Shown: piece by piece, positions 13,666 through 27,222 of the stretch | Numbering within the stretch: the first letter of the stretch is position 1 | Layout: every line of letters begins with the position of its first letter | Assembly (NCBI GenBank): GCA_002104945.1 | Contig: MCFH01000009.1 | Span: 124,001-188,000, forward strand | Origin: Piromyces finnis finn | Taxonomy: Eukaryota > Fungi > Neocallimastigomycota | Direction of reading: 5' to 3' | Length of the DNA: 64,000 nucleotides | Position numbers and translations under genes: made by a program | The notes under the pieces: model-generated | Databases searched by the model: none | What the model was told of the DNA's origin: nothing | What the model saw: only the letters and a program-made list of their open reading frames with translations

Positions 13666-15080
13666 TTTTTATAAAGGAAATAAATAAAAAAAACAAAAGA
13701 GAAAAAGAAAAATTTAAAAAAAAATTTTTTTTAGCCAAAATTAATATATATTTTTTTTAATATTCGAAAATGAACTTATCATTATGATGACTTATCATTT
13801 CAATTAATTTTAATTAATATGTTTTATTTATTTATTTATTAATTATTTTCTGTTTGCTTGATAGAAATTCAAAATACAAAAAAAAAATGGTGTGTGTAAC
13901 ATGGTTATTTTTATATTAAATAAAGTTTTACTATTCCAAATGACACAAAGTCGAAAATTTTAATTAATTTGTTTATTATATTAATTATATTAAAGAATAT
14001 TAGTATTATTTACTTTAATGTACACTACACACATATTATTCAATATATTATATAGTTTTCTATCCAAAATTAAATTAAATGATCATTTTAATATAATTAA
14101 TTACATTCTTCAAATCATTACATACATTACAATATAAACAAAATGTATACAAAATATGTTTTTTTGAAAAGTATGAAATTATTACAGAATAAATATGTTA
14201 TTGAGTGTAAGTTTATCGATATATAAAATATCTGAAGATTTTCATGTATTAAATTATAGCCATGCATATTATAAGAAAATATAGAAAAAGAATAAATATA
14301 AAGGGAAAATAGCTAGTTATGGTGAAATTTTCTTTAATAATTATGATTATTTATCTTTGATTTACTTTTTTTGAATTGACATAAAGATAATCAATAAATT
14401 TATTTTCTTAATATCATAGTTAAAAGTTAACATGAATTTTTTAATTATTTCATGTTAGTAATACGGAAATTATGATCTAAATAATTTCCTTAATAATAAT
14501 ATTATTAGTTAAAAACAATAATTGAATATTATATTTCATATTAAGTTTTCAATATTATTTTATTATTATTATTCTTTTAAAAACATCATATAATTTGTTT
14601 TTTATTTAGGTTAACTATTTTTATTAATTCTTTTTCCCTTTTACTATTAGGAATATGCTATCCTTTTTTTTTTTCCCTATTATATTTATAAATGTATATT
14701 TTTTTATTATTAATTTCTTAATTTAAATTATGTAATAACAATTATTATTATTATTATTATTATTATTATTTTGTATAATGTATTTTATTATTAGAGAGTT
14801 TAAATGCTATCGAAAAAAACAAACATATTTTTAAAAAAGTTTTATTGCAGAATTATCATTAAATTCATAATCCTTATTTTTATTTACTATTTACTTTATT
14901 TATTGTCTTTTTTTTTTTTTTTTCCTTTTTTTCCTATTTATTGTTAATTATTTATTGTAATTATCGTCTTTTTTTTATTTATTTATACTTTTTTTTAATT
15001 TATATATATATGTATATATTTTGTTGATTGCTTAATTGCATATATATGTTTTTTGATAGGTTCTATTAATAATATAATAT

Positions 15081-18000
15081 TTATTGAATAAGCTCTATAC
15101 TAGTTAAATATTTATCAGCAAATGGATGACGATAACTTGGTTTTAATCCTAAAGTTTTGTAAATAGATTTGGCGATACCAATATCACCAAGAAGAATTCC
15201 ACCTGTTAAATCATTATTTGTTAAACCAAGTCGTGGTAAACCTAATGCTAATGTCCATTTGGTTTTAATGTAATGATTTGAATTAATTATTTCACCTATT
15301 TTATTTATATAAAGATAAATAAATATTAATAATAAAAAAATAATTTCAAAAATTATTTGTTAATAATAATCAATAATAAATAATATAAAAATTTATTAAT
15401 ATTAACCAAATAATACTATTAACCAAAAAAAAAAAAAAAGATGTTATTATCATTATACTATTATTATTTATTACTAAAATAATTACCTGTATATGGATGT
15501 ATACCACTTGGACATTCTATACTAACTACTGGAGTTTTTATACCATTTGCCCATTCCATCATACCCTTAATGCATTCTCTTTGATTTTCTTCTAGTATTT
15601 TATCTAAATATTGACTTGCACCTAATATTCCATCAACTATAATGTCAACAGCTTTTGTTGGTAGATCTTTTATTAATAAATATGTAATTTTGAAAAAAAA
15701 ATAAAAATATTTTAGTATATTTCGTTTAATATATAGATAAAATATAATAATAATGGTACAATGATTGTATATAATAATAAAGACTTACTTGAAGCTTGGT
15801 ATATACATTTTCCACCCAATGAATAAAAGATTTTTTTCTGATAAGCAACCATCTATATATTATTATTTATTAAATTTTATAAATTAATACTGTAAAGTTG
15901 TTGGACCTATTAAAATTACACTATAATAGTGTTTATTTATTTACACTAATGGTATCATCATCTTCAGACGCCATGCAAACAAGAACTCGACATTCATGAT
16001 TTAATAAATGCTTAGCCGCATTAATAGCATAAGCACCCGATTTATTATTACCAGCCTATATTATTTAACAAAGATTGTTGATAAATATTAATTTTTTTTT
16101 AATAATTATTAATTATTTATTTATTATCCCATACCAATATAACAACAAATGGGGCAGAATTATGATTATGAATATTTATTCTTCTATTTCCACCAAGAGC
16201 TTGAATAACCATCATAGCAACATCTCTTCCAGCATTTTCAATTGTAATTTCCTCTTTAATACCGTATTCATTTGCTATTATATAATAAAAGAGAATAATC
16301 ATAATTTTTATTATTTATTTCTGTTTTGTTCTCATTGATAAAATTAATATATTATATGGATATGGATATATAATATATATTATAATAGAAAATATTTACT
16401 AGTTAAATGTTCTAATAATGAAGCTTGACTCTCAGTTAAGGATGGTATAGGTACACCTGCAGAATTTTCAAAAATAACACGAGAGGTTTTTCCAATTCCT
16501 GGGACATTATTTTGAGAAGTTTCATCTTCATTGCTACTTTCATATTCACTGTCAGAATCACTCGCTACGGAATCGAGAACATTTTCATGAATACCTAATT
16601 TAACTTGTGAACTTTCATAATAAGGATGTCCATCAGTAGAATTGCCACCACTACTATGATGATGACGATGACGATAAGGCGATGGATTTTCCTTTTTAAT
16701 TCTATTTAAATTAACCAAAAGTGTTTCTGGTGCAATATTATTTGTTTCACGAATTTTAGCCCATTCTTTCTTTTTATCAAATAATCCTAAATTTCCTTGA
16801 AAATCAAATTCTTCATCTTTGTAGAGATTAACATCTCCATTAGCCCATTGATTAGTTTCATTTCTTCTTCCTTTTCGTTGTCTTCCCGGTGATGTATTAT
16901 ATTTGGAATTACCCTTTTATTAAATTATTTATGTGTAGATTGATTAATTAGCAAGATTAATTAAAAATAATGTTAATTTATCTTTTAATAGGCACATTTT
17001 TTTAATCTAGAAAAACTCCAAATAAATTATTATATTTTAAATAATCGATATATTAAATTTAGTTACTTTTGAAGAATAGTTAGATTGTATTGAAGTACGC
17101 TGTTCTTTTAATGAATTAAAGTATGATTTTTGATTCTTTTTCTTGTATTTTCTTTGAGAATTTCTACTATATTCGTAATCTACTAAATCATCTTCATCAT
17201 TATTATTCTCATTTATTTTTGAATTATTTTTCTTTGATGAATAGTTATTTAAAGTAGTTGATAGTATCTATGATATTCATTAATTTATTATTATTAATTT
17301 AGTATTTAAATAATATAAAATAGTTTATTTAATATTAACATTTTTATAATACCTTTTGAGTTGAATTACTATATATTCATTAATAAAAATATTTATGATT
17401 TTTTTTAAAAATAAAAAAATTAATGTATTATTAAATAATAATAATTATTATTATTAGGAGTAATAAATATATAATAGGTATAGTTCATTTTTATTGGATT
17501 TTACCTTGTAACATCACTATTGTTATCCGAAATTTGTTGAGAATACTTTATGTGTAATGAGTAATATATGATATTAATTATTTGAGTGTTATATACGTAT
17601 TATTTTATAATTATATAAATTTTATTAATAAAAAATTTTATTTAAATATATTATTTTAATTCTTGAATATTTTATACATATTTATGCTCATAGTTCTATT
17701 TTTTTAACACTTACAGAAACGATAGCAGGGTCTATATAAGGTACATTGTTCTGTTTGGTGGTTGGAGAATGTAATGTTTCGTCTTCTTCGTCATCATCTA
17801 AGAATGATTTATTTTGAGTGTTATTTTTGTTAATTTCGGTACTACTATTGCTTTTATTAAACAAAGCGTTATTAAGATTTCCACCGTTAGGGTTTGCTGG
17901 GATTCCCCCAAGTGGTAACATATTATTAATTGGAATAACATTTGGATTTAAATTAGTTGATGATCCATACATTGGTAAAATTTGTGGAGAAATTAATGAA

Positions 18001-18506
18001 GATGAAGATAGTTGAGGTTGTGGTTGAACAGGAGGGGGTGCTGTCTGTACATTAGGATAATTTGATGTAGGAGAAGATAAATTACTAGTATTAACATTAT
18101 TTACTTTTTTATCGGACGTTAACTGTAAATCTTTAATATCAGTACTTTGAATAATATACACTTTTGAAAATTGCTTGATATTGTTAATATTTAATGTTGC
18201 TATGATATTATAAATTAGATATATAATTAAATAATAATTAATAATTATTAAAAAACTTTTGTTACAAAATATTTCCTCATTGAATACGCGTACAATATAA
18301 ATAATATTATTGTGGCAAACTACGGTGAATTATATTGACTAATACTTTATTTAATCAAAATTTTATATAAGTGTTTTCTTTAAATATTTACCATTATGTA
18401 AAATTAATTGCTGACTTTTTTGATTAATATCAGCTACAACTCCATTGACTATAAGTCCATTTGATAGCTGAACTTCTACTGATAAGCCTAAAAATTCATT
18501 AGCCAT
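15081..18506 (-). CDS. EDC3: Enhancer of mRNA decapping Edc3 (LSm - FDF - YjeF_N), multi-exon
   Basis: N-terminal LSm-like MANEFLGLSVEVQLSNGLIVNGVVADINQ. FDF motif EFDFQGNLGLFDKKKEW near 16770-16830. YjeF_N segments IENAGRDVAMMVIQALGGNRRI..NHNSAPFVVIL and KWTLALGLP..ILLGDIGI. Stop at 15081. Confidence 0.9.
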
Positions 18507-19662
18507 ATTTATATGATATATGTTATTTTTTACTGAACTAATAAGCTTTATATTTTAAAAACAATGTTTTTTACTTTTATAAACTTTTAATGTTATATAT
18601 ATTCAAATGTATTATTTATATATATTCAAACAAAGAAAAAGAGTAATTAAAATTGGAATTATTAAGTAATTCTTGCTATATTTTAAGAAAAAAAAATGTA
18701 TAAAAATAAAACGAAAAAAAAAGTATAAAAATAAAAAACAAAATAGTTTATTGTATAAATGTACTTTATTTTTAGTAAAATATTAAAAAAAAATAAAATG
18801 CAAAAATTTGAACTTGATGATTTACAATTAAATTTTATATTTATCCAGGAATTTCTTCAAAAATTTTTAATTATAAAGTATATTAAATTAAAATTATTAT
18901 ATTTATATATGTATAAAAATATTAAATTAGATTGAAATAATATTTTTATAATTGAAATTTTATATTTATAATTATTTATACAATATTTTTTTTAGTATAT
19001 AATAAATATATTGGATACACTTTATATAAAAAAGTGTTTTTTTTTTTTTTTTTGTTTTTTTCTTATATATATAATTATAGATAGAATTTTTTTTTTTAAA
19101 AAAAAAATGAAATATAAAAATGATAAAAAATAATATTGTTAAAAATATAATAATTAAATAATATTAATATTACGGCATGAATGAGTAATAAAAGGTCTAT
19201 AAAACAAATTATGATAATTTATATTTTTTATATGTTAAAAATACAATAAATTTTTAGTATCGTTGAATAATTGAGATTTTTTATTATCAATTTATTGAAT
19301 TATATTGTTGTTATTTGTCTATATTATTGAATTTTATCTATAACAAAATGATCATAATGATAATAACTACATGAAACCGGTTTTGTTATTAGTTGAATAA
19401 TGCAATTTATTACTTTATTGTTATAGTGTGTATTATTCATTTAAAATTTTTTTTTTGATCATAATAATAAATTTATTTTAATTTAATTTGAAAGACATAA
19501 ATTAATATATCATGTGATAAAATCAATAATTAAAAATTATTCTATTTCTTTTTAAATGTATATTAGCATCATCCAGCAATAAAATAATAAAGTATGGATA
19601 AGTAGATTAACAAGTTTTTTTTTTTTTTTTTTTTTTTCCATTAATCTATCAGATAAATTAAA

Positions 19663-21463
19663 ATGGAGGATGTAGAAGAAATTGAACAAGAACAAGCTGA
19701 TTACTCTTTATTTTTGAATAATAATTTGTATGAATACTAAAATTATAAGAAATATATTGAATACTGATTAGTATTTTTAAAAATTCAATAACATTAATAA
19801 ATATTGTTTTAACCAATTTTAGAAAAAATATATCAAATGTTTCAAAGATTATTAAAAATAAACTAAATGACACAAAAAGTGATGAAGACAAACAAGAAAA
19901 TATTTTAAACTCTTTGAATAATTTGAAAAAAGTCATTTCAGAATCACATGTTGTTTCAAGGTAATTGTTATAATAAAAATTATTGTATATTTTTTTTTAA
20001 AGTTTAAAAAAGGTATATTAATAAAAATCAGTAATTAAGCGAATAAAAATAAAATATGAATAATCTATAATTTTTTAATATTTTCAAAAGTCGAAATTTG
20101 AGTGTGGCAAAATGGGATTATTCCCTTAACTTAGCAATAGTAAAGGTGAAACATGGAAATTTATTTGAAACAATGGGAAAAATTATAAATGGAAAACTTA
20201 CATTGTTTCCTGAGGAAACCCTTTTTTTAATAGAAAAAGGATCTTTATTATTAGTGGAAGAAAATGACGAAGGTGAAGAATATCCAATATCTATTCAACA
20301 TGCATACTCTATTATATATTCAATACCTTCATTTTCTTTTGAGAAGTACAGAGTAATTATTATTTTATTTAATTATAGAGTAGTATTTTTATTTATTTCA
20401 CATTAACAAGATATATACATATACTTTTGTATATAATATAAAAGGTATATTCATATTTAAAAAGACTAGGTTATATTATTGTAGAGCATGAAATGAATTT
20501 AACAACAACAAATATTGAATTTAAGGATGATAAAGAAAATAATTTACAAAATAATAATAATATTAATATAAAGATAGATAATATGTATGATAAAAGTATT
20601 TTGAAAGAAAAAATAACAAACTATATTAATATTTTTTCAAAATTTATGGAACAATTCAGTCAATCAAAGAAGCAATCCATAACACCACTAGCACAACTAT
20701 ATAAAAAAAGTCTTTGTTGGCTTGACAAACTATTAATTGTACCATTTTCTTTGGCATTTAGTTTAGAAACCAATTCTAAGATAAATTACTTAAAAAACCA
20801 AGAAAATAATACTCAACCATTATTTAATTATTATGATGATGCTACTATAGGTAATGTATTTTTCATTAAAATTAATAATTATAAAAGTTTTATAAATATA
20901 AAGTAAAAAATAAATAATTAAATTTTGTAATATATTTATATTTCTACAAAAAATTTATAGAAAATATATATTCAAAAATCTCAATAATACCCTATTATAA
21001 CACAAATATGAACAAAGCAACAAATAGCAATACTAATTTAAAAGAACGTTCATTAATAATTGATTATGATATCTATAAACCAAATGGTCAATATTCAAAA
21101 AAGAAAAAGTCTATACCGGATTTTTATTTAATGGTACAAAGGTATAAAATCATAAACATTATTTTTAATTTTTCTGTATTCGATATTTTTATATTTATAA
21201 TATTTATTGATTTGACTTTTTTATTATATAATAATGTAATGGTTAGTTGTTTGAACGATTTCCCTCATTTTATAGATTTTATAGAAGTAGTCAATGAACG
21301 CGATAATCATTATAATATTTTTACAAAATCAAATGTTATCACAAATACCAATAAGAATAAAAAACCTAATATGAAAACTGAAATTAAATTAGCAATGGTT
21401 AATTCAGCCAATATAACCTTTGCTGATATTGATAATGAATATATTCGATCTATACGAAAATAA
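19663..21463 (+). CDS. SEN54: tRNA-splicing endonuclease subunit Sen54, multi-exon
   Basis: KHGNLFETMGKIINGKLTLFPEETLFLIEKGSL and VYSYLKRLGYII are Sen54 N-domain motifs. The C-terminal part reads IDYDIYKPNGQYSKKKKSIPDF and IKLAMVNSANITF. Confidence 0.85.
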
Positions 21464-23704
21464 TTTTTTCTTTGTAAATATTTTTTTTTTTAATATCAAT
21501 AAAAAAAAAAAAAATTAATATATTTAAAAATCTTTTATTTTTTCATATAACATATTATTAATTTAATTGTCAAACTTTGTAGTTTTATTCAATCATGTAT
21601 TTTAAATAAATAAAAACTTTTTACATAATTAATTTATCATCAATACCAAGTCTAATGTAGAAATGCTAACACGAATACTAATAATATAATTTATATTAAT
21701 TCCTTTATGGATTTTAAATTTATAAATACATATTATGTATAATTATATCTTTATATTTTAATATATGAATATGAGTATAAAATCATATTGATGATAGTTT
21801 TATTTATAGAATTCCTTACTTAAATTTAGTAATATGACTAAACCTATTTATTTATTTCATGTTTAGTCATATTACTAAATCTATTTATTTATTTCATGTT
21901 ATAATGGTTAAGTATTAATATCATCAAATTATAATTGTATTTCTTTTTTATTAACAATTAAAAAGTTTGTTTGTGTAACATATTTCGGATAATGAATATT
22001 TATTTTAGAACTATTGTATTAAAATCCTTCAAAAATCTTTAGATAAAAATATAATGCTGATATGAGTATTTTTCAATTTTATTTTATTATTATTCATAAT
22101 AAAATATAATAAAATATGTCATCTCAATACAGCTTGTTAAAATAAAATTTTAAAGAAAAAAACTTTTAGGTTATTTTTTTGTAAAAATAAATATGATATA
22201 TATTTTATCTATAATAAATAATAAACTATAATAGTATAGTATTATTAAAAAATTGTTAAAAAAAAAAAAACTACAAATAATATAATTTTATAATCATCAG
22301 TTGTTATTTATATCAAAATCATAAGAAAAGATAAAATATTATCCATATTAAATTTTATTAATAATAATAGAAATAATATTTTATTATTACCTTTTTTGCT
22401 TAGTTGATATTACTAAAAAAAGAAAATGATTTTAGCCGAAAAAATTATTATATTTTTAATTTGGATAATTTCTTTTTTTTATCCTTTTTCATTTTTATTC
22501 ATATAATTCATATTTATTATTATTATTATTATTATTTTTTTTTTTTTTTTTTTTTTTTTCATTACTATTTTTATTTTTATTATTTTAACTACATTTTTCC
22601 TATAATAAAAATAATTTAAATATAATATGTTACACAATAACATGCATTTATAAATTTTAATTAGTATAAAAAAGATCATATGGATAATTAAGAATAATTT
22701 ATCATAAAAATTAAAAATCCTATTTTAACCAATGTTTCAGTTATTATATATGAAAAAAAATATGGATAATATTTAACTTTAAATGTATTTTTATCCTTTG
22801 TTTTGATCTTAATTTAGGAGGTTTAACAATCATTTCATTATATAATCTACTTATCTAGTAAACATTTTCTTTATTCATTTAATTTTGATAGTACATTATA
22901 AAAATAATACAAAATATATTACATATTAATACATTGATAACATATATGGTATAGACGCCTTATATTACACTAAAAAATGATAAATTTTAGTATAAAGAAA
23001 TTTTAGTATTATTTTTTTTTTATATTCTTTGTTAAATTGTTTGATATTTATTTTATTTTATATGATTTAGTTTAATTAGTATATTTCAAATAAACTATTT
23101 ACTTAAATCTCAAATTAATGGTTTCTTTTCTATTAATTCTCTTAATGATTCTATCCCAATAAAAATAATCTTTTTTTTTTTTTAATTTTATAGCTTTGTT
23201 GAAATGTTGTTTGATTGTTTAATATATATTTATCTTTCAAAATATTATATATATAATATACATGTATAATATATAGTATAATATATAGGAATGATGAATA
23301 AATACTAATACATTTAAACCATATTATACCATATTAAATGTCAGCCATATTTCTAAGAAATAAAAAAAAAATATTTAAATTATATTCACTTATTAATTTT
23401 TTAATAAACTTTAATAAATAAACTTTGTTTCATTTTTAAATTTTGAAATTTACTAACAAAAATAAAATTATCAAATTAAAAAGTTTAAAGAATTGTTTTG
23501 AATGGAGGAAAATCAATAAAATTAGAATTAAATTTATATTAATTTTTATATTAAAATCAGTATTTACCGTCTTTTTTCCCAAATTAAATTTACTATTATT
23601 GGAGTGTTTACCTTTATTTCTTTATATTTTTAATATGAATTAATTATTCTATTAGATAGTAAAAATGCTAAGTAAGGTATAGTATTGTGTAATTGTTTTT
23701 TTAG

Positions 23705-23708
<4 letters not shown>

Positions 23709-23775
<67 letters not shown>
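23709..23775. repeat. (ATT)n microsatellite, about 22 units
   Basis: Seen directly. Confidence 0.9.
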
Positions 23776-23776
<1 letters not shown>

Positions 23777-23966
23777 AAAAAGACAAAAATTGATATAAAA
23801 ACTGTTTAAATTGTCTTTTTTTTTTTAAAATTTTCATATTGTAATATTTTATTTTCTTTTTTGAAAAGAGAAACAAAAAATATAACCCAGAATTAAAAAA
23901 AAAATTAATATTGAAAAAAAGGAATAAAATTCATCATATAAAAATATAATACTAAAAACATAAACA

Positions 23967-24622
23967 ATGTAAGTAGTAATTTTTTTTACATAAATATTTC
24001 TACTTTATTATATATAGAAAGTAGTAATAATCATTCTAATAATAATTATATATTTAATATGAATTATAAAAAGGTCTTCAAAACCTAATGATGTCCAGAA
24101 ACAAGTATGTAGTTACTTTTAATAAAAAAAATTTTTTTAAATACAATTATTAACTTCTTGTAATTAAATTATTGTAGGTTAAAAAAGTTACTTTCGTAAT
24201 GCAGGATAATGCAAGTAGGTTATCGGCTAGTTCAATACAATTTTCATGTTGTAATAAATATGAAATTTAGAAAATTTAGTTTATAAATATTATTTATAGT
24301 GCTATTTATACTATTATAAAAATACAAAATAGCTAATATCATAATATTATATGTTGTCATTAGGTAAAGGATCCAAACAATTTAAAAGAGATGCCAATAA
24401 AGTCGATAAAATAGTTTGGTGGAAAAATATGAAACTTTTAATTACTTTTATATTATTAATAGGCCTTCTAGGTGTATTGGTATATCTTTGTAAGTATTAG
24501 ATTTTCCTTAATTATAAATAGAAAATGTTTTTTTTTCATTTTTTAATAAATTTTTTTAAATATTTTTTATTTATTTTGTAACATATTAATAAATAGTTAT
24601 AAAGATTGGTCAAGAACCGTAA
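23967..24622 (+). CDS. Synaptobrevin/VAMP-like (R-SNARE-derived) tail-anchored protein of about 73 aa, lacking the central SNARE layers
   Basis: Inferred exons 23967-23968, 24074-24104, 24178-24214, 24364-24489, 24597-24622 give MSSKPNDVQKQVKKVTFVMQDNASKGSKQFKRDANKVDKIVWWKNMKLLITLILLIGLLGVLVYLFIKIGQEP*. QF-KR-ANKV and WWKNMK followed by a TM helix are synaptobrevin hallmarks. This gene is absent from the ORF track. Confidence 0.75.
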
Positions 24623-25832
24623 GTATTATTATTTTATTAATGTTATTATTATAAAAATTCTATAATAATAATTTTTTGACTAATAATATTTATATTTTAT
24701 TTAATTATAATATAAATGCCCTTTTAAAACAAAAGAATTTAAACTATTGAATAGAATCAAAAAAATGATTAAAATTTTATTTGGTTAATATATATCTTAT
24801 AATACCAATATAATATATTGTTATTGGGTTAAGATAAATATATAACAATCAATAATAATATTTTAATATAAATTAATGAGAATACTAATATAAATATAGA
24901 TTAATGGGAATACTATTTTTTAAAACAATATAATTTAAATATTTAAAAAAACAAAACAATACATAATATATAGAAAATTTAAAATTATATTACGTAAAAA
25001 TAGTATTTATAGAGTAAAGATATTAGTAGTAAAGATATTAGTAATAGTAATTAATTACTACAATATTTACAAAAACATAAATATTATATAATTATACAGA
25101 TATTTATATCTTTTGTAAAAATTAATATAAACACTGTATTTAGACATTGATTTCGAGTAGTTTAAGTTATAAATAATTATTTTTATTTTAAAATAAAATA
25201 AAATATAGAATTTATTATTGTTTATAATACAATACATATAATATTTTTTAAATTAATAATAATAAATCTTATAAAAATATAATCTTATAAAAATATAAAA
25301 TAAAATAAAATATATAAAATATTTATAATCAAATTATATTTTATTGATAAGTTATGTTTATAACAATTTTTTTTTATGAAAAAATGATATTAATATTTTA
25401 TAATATTATTGATAGTATTTTTTAACTGTTCAGATTAATACTTTCCTATATATAAATAGATTGTAATTTATTATTTTTATAATTATTAATTCATTTATAT
25501 TAGAGTATTTCTTTCAGTAAATATCATATTTAAATATTTACTAGTAATATTAAAAAAACATTTTAATGGAATAGAATATAATATTTTGATTGGAAACACG
25601 TAAACATAATATAAAGTATTTATATTTTTTGTTTATATTTTTTTATTTTTATTTTTTTAAAATGGCAAAATAAATATATATATTCACAATATTATTAAAA
25701 TTGGTATTGTAATTATAGGGTTTATTTTTTTTTGTTATAATTATTATAGATTTGATTAATCAATAATATTTATAAAATTTCCAATTAATATTGGATGATG
25801 TGAAAACTTATATATAAATCATTATTATTTAT

Positions 25833-27222
25833 TTAGCAAGTACGACCAGTTTGACGATCATTAAGAGATAATGGTAATCTTCTTGGTGAGAAAAGATAGT
25901 CTTGTATTTTTGGGTTTTTTCTGACATTTTCATAAATGTTCCAAAGATGTGGACACTTTGCTGGTACGAAAACATCACGTCTAACTTCTAATAATCTGTC
26001 CATAAAGTGGAAACATAAAATATCAACATAAGACATCTAAAAAATTAGATATATACAATGATTAGTGATTAGTGTTTAGATTTACTTAAAAAAATTAATA
26101 AACTTAATTTTTAATTTTAAATAAAAATTACCTTTTCACCAAAGTAGAAGTTTTGACATTTATTATCACTTAAAAAGCCTTCATGATATTGAATGAATTG
26201 AGCTAATTCGTTAGTAAAGTATTTTTCTAACAATTCCTTTTTAATTGGCTATTTTATTTTATTGTGTATAATAAAATTATTTATGTTTATAGTAAAAAAA
26301 AAAAAAAAAAGAATTTTTAATTTGTAAATATTAAGATAGATAATCCATGATAAATAAAATTCTATATTTTTAATTTATTTATTACTAAAAACTTTGATAT
26401 TTACGTTTGGTTGAGACCAAGCTTTAATAAATTGTTCATAGGCTTCAACTATAAATTTTTGTATTTTATTTAAAAAATTAATAATAAGTAAATTAAATGA
26501 ATTTGAAGTAAAACCATAAAATACATACTGTATGAGTGACCAACAGTATCCATTAAGGCAGTTTCATGTAAATTACTGCCAGATAATTCTATTAAAAATG
26601 TAAAATAATTTTATTAAAGTTCTTAAAATATAATAATAAATTATTATTTATATTTTATTAATAATTACTGTATTTATTAGCAATGTATCTAATAATGGTT
26701 TGTGGGTTAACTAATCTGAATTCCTAGTATTTATTTAACGATAAGGAAGAACATTAGTAACTAGACATTAATAGGTTGAATTAAATTTATTGTTTTTAGT
26801 AATTTATACATACATTTCCTTTGTTATCTTTTTCAACAATAACTGGTAAGTTTCCAAATGGGATTTTTGATTTAAAGTCTGATGGCCAATCCTAATTATT
26901 TGTGAAAAAAATCAAAAATTAATATATAATTACATCATGAATTTTTTAGATATTAGCATACTGATAATTAATAATATATTAGAATTTAACTTACAATTGG
27001 ATGTAAATTTTTGTATTTAGCCTAAAATAGTTAATAGAAAAAAAGGTTTTTTTTTTAAAAAAAAAAAAAAAAGTAAGAACAAAATACTATTAAGTAAAAG
27101 ATATTACTTTAATATTTCAATATATAAATATTTACTCCAACATATTCTAAAAGAAGACGGATTGGTTCAGCTCTTCCACGGAATTTGTAAAAGTAGATAT
27201 CGTAAGTGCATTCGTCAGCCAT
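25833..27222 (-). CDS. Glutathione S-transferase (Mu/Pi/Sigma-like fold), 8 exons
   Basis: Exons join in frame: YFYKFRGRAEPIRLLLEYVG, IPFGNLPVI (cis-Pro motif), TIIRYIANKY, FYFGEKMSYVDIL (N-capping S..D), KNPKIQDYL. Confidence 0.88.

Noticed and set aside
21844-21900. 20-bp direct repeat CTATTTATTTATTTCATGTT, two copies with a 17-bp spacer
   Set aside because: Only two low-complexity copies. It is not a CRISPR array, and there is no element between them to make it a TSD.
22404-23643. Short ORFs 22404-22619, 22479-22679 and 23443-23643
   Set aside because: Low-complexity AT-rich chance ORFs built on homopolymers.
6374-27222. Possible detoxification cluster (glycosyltransferase + GST)
   Set aside because: The genes are about 18 kb apart and separated by unrelated housekeeping genes.
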